Shown: positions 55,101 to 64,000 of the stretch, in pieces | Layout: every line of letters begins with the position of its first letter | Position numbering within the stretch: the first letter of the stretch is position 1 | Assembly (NCBI GenBank): GCA_964016885.1 | Contig: OZ024746.1 | Location: forward strand, 45,756,001-45,820,000 | DNA from: Eledone cirrhosa | Taxonomy: Eukaryota | Length of the DNA stretch: 64,000 nt | Direction: 5' to 3' | The notes under the pieces: model-generated | Database searches by the model: none | What the model was told of the DNA's origin: nothing | The model's input: the letters and a program-made list of their open reading frames with translations, nothing else | Position numbers and translations under genes: made by a program

Positions 55101-56196
55101 TCTTGTTGGTGGGTCACATAGCTATACAGTGTCTTGTTGGTGGGTCACATAGCTATACAGTGTCTTGTTGGTGGTCACATAGCTATACAGTGTCTTGTCA
55201 GTGGGTCACATAACTATACAGTGTCTTGTTGGCAGGTCACATAGCTATATAGTGTCTTGTTGGTGGGTCACATAGCTATACAGTGTCTTTTTGGTGGGCC
55301 ACATAGCTATACAGTGTCTTGTTGGTGGGCCCCATAGCTATACAGTATCTTGTCAGTGGGTCACATAGCTATACAGTGTCTTGTTGGTGGTCACATAGCT
55401 ATACAGTGTCTTGTCAGTAGGTCACATAGCTATACAGTGTCTTGTTGGTGGGTCACATAGCTATACAGTGTTTTGTTGGTGGGCCACATATCTATATAGT
55501 GTCTTGTTGGCAGGCCACAATGCATTAGTGTCTTGTTGGCAGGTCACATAGCTATACAGTGTCTTGTCAGTGGGCCGTGATATCAGATAAGTAATGAGAA
55601 CATATGTAAAAAGGAATACAGTAATATGATAAAATACTATGAAATTTTTAATAAACTGTGACAAAACCATGGTACCTGGCGGTGTATTTAGATCGGAGTT
55701 GCCATTTGTTCGTTGAAAAAATTGACTTCCAATAATACTGAACACATTTAACATAGAAAAATAAATAAACATTGATTATTACTGAATACAGTCACTTACA
55801 GATGTTTTACTACCAGATAGCAACTCAAATGAAAAATTTTGAGGATGAAATGAAATGAAATAACTGATTGCCAGGCACACTGACCTTTTTAGGTAAGACT
55901 GGGTCATTCCATATCCCTGCCATACACATACTATGTATGCATGTATATACATGAATACACGCACACACAATCCTCTTAAGCTTGATGTCTGTCTATTCTA
56001 TCTGTCAGTTTGATTGTTTGTTACTGTGACACAAAAGACTACATCTAGTTAAGTGAGTCTTGTGGCTAGACGTGTTCTCTAGTTGGTATTCTAATCCAAA
56101 ATAATTCAGAGCACTTTTTCAGGGATCGCTTAGCCTTAGATCGAAACCTGTTGGCGGGTCGGACAAAATACTTTGCGGACCGAGGGTTGCACCTTG
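34102..56196. mobile_element. Non-autonomous hAT (Buster/Charlie-like) element inflated by an internal satellite
   Basis: ATGTAGAG at 34094-34101 and 56197-56204; ends CAGGTCCAACAACC and (reverse complement) CAAGGTGCAACC; GC-rich subterminal motifs GGCGGGTCGGAC...GCGGACCG near the right end. Confidence 0.75.
34131..55576 (+). repeat. 31-bp tandem satellite, ~690 units, with higher-order repeats
   Basis: Consensus CACATAGCTATACAGTGTCTTGT(TG/CA)GTGGG(C/T); period read from 34162 to 34193; unit count is length divided by 31. Confidence 0.98.
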
Positions 56197-56647
56197 ATGT
56201 AGAGGCTCAACTTTTGTATATGTATGTGTGTATGCAGGTTTATTTATTTTCCTCACATTAACAATAAGAAATTGAAACTTAAAGAATGAAATTGTTAAAG
56301 ACAGAATACACTTCTCCAAGTAAGCAACCTTCTTTAAAAGTAAACAATGGGAAATGTGATTGTCTCTATGCATTAGCTTTTTGTTTTTTGTTTTTTTTCT
56401 TGACATTGCACATGCATTCGGGAAAATCACTAGAGATGTATTTTTATAAATATATATGGCAGATATATATATTAGACCATGAATATTTCAATCTGATTAG
56501 ATCTCTTTTGCAGAGCATATTCACCCAAGTTGGCTAGACTAGAATTTTCAAATATACATATAGGAAAGGGGAAGGTAATTATGTATTGATTATAATCTTC
56601 ATGAAGTATATTATAGGTAGAGTCTTACATTCTGAATATGGTTGGAG

Positions 56648-56672
56648 GGGGGGGGGGGGGGGGGGGGGGGGG
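56648..56672 (+). repeat. Poly-G tract (~25 nt)
   Basis: Direct. Confidence 0.9.
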
Positions 56673-57514
56673 CTTAAATGAATTGAGACTTATTTTCTTT
56701 GCAATTTCAAAACAGAAGATGCGGGTGACCAGATCATGAAAAATAAACAAAGAGAATTTTATATAGCTTGAACGGAACGAAGTTTTTTTTTATCAAACTT
56801 TTTAAAAACATGAAGTGAGAGTGGACCTTGTCTTTATGTAAAATTGATGAGAGCAATTTTAACTCTCCCCAGTGAAGTCTATTCATTTAGCAAGTTGGTT
56901 AGACTATTATATGGTCAAAATCGGAACATGCCCGTGTTTTTGCTCGAAGTTGGTTTAAAGACGAAGTCCACTTCCACTGTAGTGTTCTAAAATATCCCAT
57001 TGTAACGTGGATCATCTCAGGTTATATGTGCGCTTCCTTGTTATGATCTGATTACCCTTAAATGAACTCCTTAAACACACAACTATGTCTGTCCCCATAT
57101 GCACAATACATCACTGGTATTCATATTAAAAAAAAAATCTAATTCGAAGAGCCAGAAGCAAAATGTAAACCAAAGAAACAGCTTATTTTTGTTATTGTTC
57201 AATTTTATGGATTTCCTTTTTACGTAGATTTTACTTTCGCCTCGCTTTTAATTAGATTTTTTTTTAAAAAAGATAATACTATTAGCAACCCCAGGTTATT
57301 GGCTACCAAATAAAATTATTTAAGTTGCCGTAAGTTACCGATTGGTAAAAGTGAAAGTGAGGGGTTAGACTTATTGATCACCTACATTACTAGCAGATAT
57401 TAGGTTTAATTTATTTTCGCACGTAATTAAAACAAAACAGCCACAAACACTTGGATAAATAAAAGGGAATTAGTGACATGTCAGGGCTGTGAAAAAAACA
57501 AACAAAACAATTAC

Positions 57515-57680
57515 CGGAAGACATTGAATGAGATGAGAGAACGTCTGGTGTCTTAGCTGAAGCAACTATGTCGTTGATAGAACCGGACCACAAAACCGGG
57601 TGGCCTTTGTGGATCGTCTCCACACATTTCTGCACGAATTCAAATGGTATATAGATGTCAAGTTGATTCAGTAAAGTCAT
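57515..57680 (-). CDS. Candidate first coding exon of the zinc-finger gene
   Basis: Non-repetitive, GC-richer frame MTLLNQLDIYIPFEFVQKC...SMSS ending in a phase-1 donor TCCG|GTAATT that is compatible with the acceptor at 25870; possible acceptor TTTAG| at 57713/57712. Confidence 0.5.
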
Positions 57681-58974
57681 TCCTTGAATGTAAACTAATG
57701 TCAGCGATTCATCTAAATTAAAAGCTAATTAATACAGAGATGTTATAAAACTATTAAGATAACTTACGAATTTAATTACAAACGTATACAAATCAACATG
57801 GTAGAGGAAATAATTATTTATCGGTTCCTAGTTGACATGCGTAGTGAAAATAATATTCCGGGTCAGATTCAAGGTAAACAACTTTTGTCTTACTCCTATT
57901 CCAACTGAGTTTTTAATATTTTTTCTAATGTTATACTAGAAATCAATGTTTTCCAATGTTACTTTTTTCACCCGTTTAAGATCGCAAATTAAATATCTCG
58001 GGGGAGTTCACTGTATTTATTTTTGCCTAATCTCTCTCTCTCACGCGCGCGCACACACACACACACACACAACCAAAAGGGGAAACTCAAATATTAAGTG
58101 TTACGGACGACACATTAGAGTATACGTAGGCTGGCAGTCTTCAGATTTAAAGGTTAATTATGCTAACACACACACTCTCATACCAACAATTCGTTTCATA
58201 TAGTAATCATATTAGCAGCCTGACTCTAATCCTTACGAAACCCTAACCTGCAAATGTGAAATTCAGCTTTTTAATTGCTTAAATGCCTTAAACATTTTTA
58301 AAGGTAAGTCACTCCATTAATATATGTATTCTAATTACTTCCCTTAGACTACCCATAATGGGTATTACTTCCCCTGGAAATTTTTAATTCAGAAGACGAT
58401 TTAACTTTACTCACCGTCGAATATAGTATTGAGACCAATGACTTGTTGGAAATAATTGTCAAATCTTCTTTAAAATCACACATATACCTATAAAAGAAAG
58501 GATTAATTAAATAATGCACTTTATAGTACACTATTCTGGGGGGAAAAAACAGAAGACAGTCTGCTCAACTAAGACATATATGTTGGAGCTGAACAACAAC
58601 ATATCACAATTCTTTTCATTCCAAGATCCCATGCTTACTAGATGCCTCTGTCTTTCTCCCCATGAGGTCGATAAAATAAGTAGGTGTAGTGTCATCTATT
58701 TGAGTTTTTCAACAGAGCAGCAACTCCTCAAGAAATCCAATTTTCCTGAAGTGGTGTTTAAAGTTGTAGAACCATAACTAAAAATAAACAGTTGTATATA
58801 TATTTAAGAGTGACCAAAGAATATAAGCAAACCTATACACAGAGGACAAAAATACTAGCAAAGGCAAAATAATACACAAACACAATTATAGCACTTACAA
58901 CGAGTTTATTTAGCAACAAGAAAGAAACAATTAAAGGAATTGGTTATGCAGTCTAAGGACACAGTAATTAATAA

Positions 58975-59240
58975 ATCTTCTTCTCCTTCTTTGTCCATTT
59001 ATTTCTGAGAGGTTAGTGGGGGTAGATTCCTCAGACACTCCTTCCAGTGAGTGCTGTCAGAAGCAACCGTTTCCAATTGATCCGACTGGATCCCCAAGCA
59101 TAGGCAGCCAAGCTCATGGATGCTAACCAACCATCTTGCTCGAGGTCAACTCCTGGGTCTCTTGCCAGTTTGTTTTGCCCATAAAATCTGTCCAGCGATT
59201 CTTTCCTCAAACATTGTAACCACATGCCCATAGTATCGGA
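58975..59240 (-). mobile_element. LINE 3' fragment
   Basis: Related to 3970-4300; GAA/GGA tail. Confidence 0.6.
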
Positions 59241-59741
59241 GCTGATATATAGATTATATTTCCTTATAAGGACATATAATCTATATATTACATTTCCTGG
59301 ATTGTGAAAATGGTGGTGTATACGAAAACCATAACATTATTTTGCTTCTCATTTTTAATATTTCTCTGCACACAAGCTTCTATATCATACATAAAAAATA
59401 CTTTACCAATACTCTTGATTGCCCGCTTAAAGTGCTTGTATTGCATATAACACCTTGCCGCAATATAATCTTATATAAATAAGACACACGCGCATGCCCC
59501 ACGTGTAACCATTGCATACACTAACTACTTCAAACTATCCTCTTGCATTATCTTCATAAACTGCCGATGTTGTATTTTAACTTTAATTTTGTTTTAATTT
59601 TGTTTTAATTTTTGAATGTAAATTGCCATGCTAAAATATTATAATGGATGTCACCCCACTGTGCATCAATATATACATATGTTTTTGTATGTCTCTTGTG
59701 TTGGAAAGGAGGTCATGTATGTAAACAATCATTGAAAAATT

Positions 59742-59786
59742 GCTCCGAAGACTGCAAACCTCGGTTTGGAAGAAACAATTGTAAGC
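59742..59786 (+). ncRNA. Decayed hammerhead-like motif
   Basis: GCT-CCGAAGA-CTGCAAAC(CTCG)GTTTGGAA-GAAA-CAATTG-TA^AGC then AATAAA; the core has a T-to-C change. Confidence 0.4.
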
Positions 59787-60237
59787 TAATAAATGGTTTG
59801 AACAGAACTTTGATTCATGTATTTTCTATATAACTGCTCTGTAGAACAAATGATGTTATTACATTGAACTATTTATCTTACTGGTAATAAGGTAGTAATA
59901 AATTACTGTCTTTCACTGTTTAGGGTTTAAAATATATATAACTATAAAAGGTTTTAGTATATACATAACCATAAATAGTATCCGTAATACTATATATATA
60001 TATATATTTGTTTTGCAAGGTTTTTGATATGAAATCGTGTGTCGAAACAAGTATTGTTATACTTGGGAAGGGTCATATTGTTGTAATACTATTGACAGAA
60101 ATAATAACGGAACACACTCACTGTTTGGTTGGTTTTCGCTTCTGTATCTTTTATATCTCCATAGTTAATTCATTTGGCAATCAATGTTTATCACTGACTG
60201 ACCAACGGTCAAAAATACAGATATAAATATATATATA

Positions 60238-60290
60238 TAGTTTAACAAAGTTCTTTCGTTGCACATCTGCAACATCATCAGTGGTACTAT
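60238..60290 (-). ncRNA. Hammerhead ribozyme motif (imperfect stem I)
   Basis: Minus: ACCA-CTGATGA-T-GTTGCA(GATG)TGCAAC-GAAA-GAAC-TT^TGTT. Confidence 0.55.
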
Positions 60291-60311
60291 TATGTTGCCT
60301 CAGGAAACATA

Positions 60312-60365
60312 ATAGCACCACTGATGATGTTGAAGATGTGCAACGAAAGAACTTTGTTAAACTAT
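60312..60365 (+). ncRNA. Hammerhead ribozyme motif (mirror copy, one stem II mismatch)
   Basis: CTGATGA at 60321, GAAA at 60345. Confidence 0.5.
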
Positions 60366-60652
60366 ATATATATATTTATATCTGTATTTTTGACCGTTGG
60401 TCAGTCAGTGATACACATTGATGGCCAAATGAATTAACTATGGAGATATAAAAGATACAGAAGCGAAAACCAACCAAACAGTGAGTGTGTTCCGTTATTA
60501 TTTCTGGTAATAGTATTACACCAATATGACCCTCCCCAAGTATAACAATATATATATATATATATATAGGCTAACCCATGCTAGCAGGGAAGATGGACGT
60601 TAAACGAAGTTGATGATGATGATATATTTATATATGTATATATACATATATG

Positions 60653-60688
<36 letters not shown>

Positions 60689-60705
60689 TATATATGTATA
60701 TATAT

Positions 60706-61050
60706 CATCATCATCATCATCATCATTTTACGTCCGCTTTTCCCTGCTTGCAAGGGTGGGACGGGAACTGATTCTGGCTTGATTTCTACAGCTGGATGCC
60801 CTTCCTAACACCAACCTCATTTACAGTGAGTGCTGGGTGCTTTTTTGCCGTGGCACCTCCACGACCACTTTGCAGTGGAATGATAGTGACCCCAGTCCCT
60901 ATCAACTCATTTCTACAGCTGAGTAAACACTGGAGCAATGTGAAATAAAGTGTCTTGCTCAAGGAAACAACACATCACCCAGTCTGAGAATTGAACTCAC
61001 AACCTTTCGATTGCAAGGCCAATGCTCTAACCACTAAGCCATGTGCCTCC
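60706..61050 (-). mobile_element. Full-length SINE family B
   Basis: Near-identical to 11144-11482; begins GGAGGCACATGGCTTAGTGG on the minus strand. Confidence 0.9.
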
Positions 61051-61994
<944 letters not shown>

Positions 61995-62235
61995 TTGTTA
62001 TACTTTGGGAGGGTCATGTTGCCAATAAGAAACACACGCACCAGTTGCTTTCACTTCAATTTATTATATATTTATAAATTTATAAATTTACAAATCTACA
62101 AACTTATAAATTTCTGGTACCAAATCCGCAATCAGTATGTTGATTTTGGTATGGTCCGACATGGCCGAGTTTCGGTGGATCAGATGTTTGGAAGTCATGG
62201 GTTTGGCATAATGGGAATGGAGGATTTGTTTTTAA

Positions 62236-63153
62236 ATCCTCCATTCCCATTATGCAAAACCCATGACTTCCAAACATCTGATCCACCGAAACTCGGCCAT
62301 GTCGGACCATACCAAAATCAACATACTGATTGCGGATTTGGTACGGGTGATGAGAAATGTGTCCCGCATGTGCAACCCCGAAGAACTAGAGAGACACATA
62401 CAACACTTCATCCACCGTATGCAGTTCTCTGGCTACAATCAGAGAGATAGAATCAGAGTGTATAAAGGAGCCAGAACCAAATGGGAAAAAATGGTAAATA
62501 ATGACATAAATGGGACCTGCCCCTTGTATAGGAGAAAATTTTGGAATAGAATAGAAAGAACTAGGAACAAGGCCAATAGAATAAACTCATGGTATGATAG
62601 CAATAAATACCAGAGTGTAATGTTCATCAATACAACCCCTAGAGGCGAACTAGCCTACAAATTTAGAAGGGCCCTAAATAAACATAATCTCAATATTAAG
62701 ATAGTAGAAAGACCTGGTACCTCCGTAAAAACACTTATTAGCAAGACATACCCGTTCCAAAGACCCTCATGTATAGATAAGAAATGTATAACCTGTAAAA
62801 TAAGCCCCCATATTAACTGTAAAACTAGAAATGTAGTGTATAGCATAAGATGTACTGAAGGACAATGTAGAAACAAAAATATAGTGTACATAGGTGAGAC
62901 AGCTCGTAGTATAGGGGAACGAATAAATGAACACTGGCGAGACCTCCAAGATAATAAAGAATCATCTGTGCTCTACCAACATGCTAAGATAGAACACAGG
63001 GGTAGATTAGAGAGCATAGAAATAAAAATAGAATCCACGCACAGAAAAGACGCAATGTTTAGGCAAATTACAGAGGCAGTAAGCATAAAAGAATTAAAAC
63101 CAAAATTAAATAGAAAATATGAGTGGAATAGCAACATCACAACTTACAATTAA
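62236..63153 (+). CDS. C-terminal part of a Penelope-like ORF: RT thumb, Cys linker, GIY-YIG endonuclease
   Basis: HYAKPM...SAM...SGY; CIDKKCITC...C; NVVYSIRC...C...[16 protein letters not shown]...H...H...RQITEAVSI...PKLN. The frame is intact but the RT core is missing. Confidence 0.9.
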   Translation: MLHSHYAKPMTSKHLIHRNSAMSDHTKINILIADLVRVMRNVSRMCNPEELERHIQHFIHRMQFSGYNQRDRIRVYKGARTKWEKMVNNDINGTCPLYRRKFWNRIERTRNKANRINSWYDSNKYQSVMFINTTPRGELAYKFRRALNKHNLNIKIVERPGTSVKTLISKTYPFQRPSCIDKKCITCKISPHINCKTRNVVYSIRCTEGQCRNKNIVYIGETARSIGERINEHWRDLQDNKESSVLYQHAKIEHRGRLESIEIKIESTHRKDAMFRQITEAVSIKELKPKLNRKYEWNSNITTYN

Positions 63154-63430
63154 GGACAAAATGAAAACACACACACACATAGAACAAACAACTTACAATT
63201 GAAAACACACACAAAATGAAAACACACACAGGACAAAATGAAAACACACACACACATAGAACAAACAACCAACCAACAATAAATAAATAAACAAATAGAA
63301 AAATGAACACAAACACACACAGACACCCGGATGTGGCACATGCGCAAACTGAGCACACAACACACACACAGAAACAAAATGGCGTAGGATAGAAGAAAGA
63401 AAAGGCACAGAAACGAAGAAAGGAATCCCC

Positions 63431-63475
63431 AGTCACTGAAGAGGTCACAGAGTGTGTGACGAAAGAACTATGACT
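63431..63475 (+). ncRNA. Minimal type I hammerhead ribozyme motif in the pLTR
   Basis: As 12051-12095 but with GAAC in place of GGAC. Confidence 0.7.
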
Positions 63476-63700
63476 ATATATATAAACAACTATCTGGTTG
63501 TGGAACCAACCAACCAACCAGAAATTTATAAGTTTGTAGATTTGTAAATTTATAAATTTATAAATATATAATAAATTGAAGTGAAAGCAACTGGTGCGTG
63601 TGTTTCTTATTGGCAACATGACCCTCCCAAAGTATAACAATATCGGTTTCAACACACGATTTCAGATAAAGAATCTTGCTAAACAAATTCAGAAACGAAA

Positions 63701-63840
63701 TATGTATATATATATATGTATGTATATATATATATATATATGTATGTATATATATATATATATATGTATGTATATATATATATATGTATGTATATATATA
63801 TATATATGTATGTATATATATATATATATGTATGTATATA

Positions 63841-63890
<50 letters not shown>
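63701..63890. repeat. (TA)n/(TATG)n microsatellite
   Basis: Direct. Confidence 0.95.
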
Positions 63891-63891
<1 letters not shown>

Positions 63892-64000
63892 TGTTATACT
63901 TTGGGAGGGTCATGTTGCCAATAAGAAACACACGCACCAGTTACTTTCACTTCAATTTATTATATATTTATAAATTTATAAATTTACAAATCTACAAACT
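63889..64000 (-). mobile_element. Start of another inverted pLTR end of the same Penelope-like family (runs off the window)
   Basis: Near-identical to 61993-62104 and 11576-11690. Confidence 0.9.

Larger units (their letters stand above)
60007..60550. mobile_element. ORF-less palindromic Penelope pLTR derivative (sister family of the 62-kb element)
   Basis: ~250-bp arms around a centre near 60301, with an extra tail on the left arm. The terminus ATGACCCTCCCCAAGTATAACAATA and tail GTTTCGACACACGATTTCA resemble 63617-63663. Flanked by (TA)n. Confidence 0.85.

Noticed and set aside
34131-55576. CRISPR-like array (conserved core alternating with a variable part)
   Set aside because: The variable part is only a few point variants of one sequence, not unique spacers; there are no cas genes and the context is eukaryotic.
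35081-55772. ORFs of 60-100 aa within the satellite (GHIAIQCLV repeats)
   Set aside because: By-products of a 31-bp unit that shifts frame and contains TAG; they open only where variants remove the stop.
55577-56196. Transposase gene inside the hAT-like element
   Set aside because: No ORF with hAT motifs is present; the element is non-autonomous.

Overview
AT-rich animal genomic DNA, most likely octopus or another cephalopod (inferred from the SINE/RTE repertoire and very dense (TA)n/(CAT)n tracts). It is not prokaryotic. One real host gene is visible: a minus-strand C2H2 zinc-finger gene with a 2.6-kb terminal exon (23292-25870, 10 fingers) and a candidate upstream exon near 57.5-57.7 kb. 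The rest is repeats: RTE-type LINE remnants, tRNA-derived SINEs, TTAA MITEs and a 5'-truncated Penelope-like element (GIY-YIG) at 62-63.7 kb. Two structures stand out. (1) A ~21.4-kb array of a 31-bp satellite with ~1.9-2.0-kb higher-order repeats lies inside what appears to be a single non-autonomous hAT element (34102-56196), bounded by imperfect TIRs and an exact 8-bp target-site duplication ATGTAGAG. (2) At least five sequence-distinct, mostly ORF-less and mostly fold-back Penelope/retrozyme-like elements each carry a minimal type I hammerhead ribozyme motif and sit in (TA)n tracts; one has a 467-nt head-to-tail unit. All calls were made by eye; no searches or folding programs were run.
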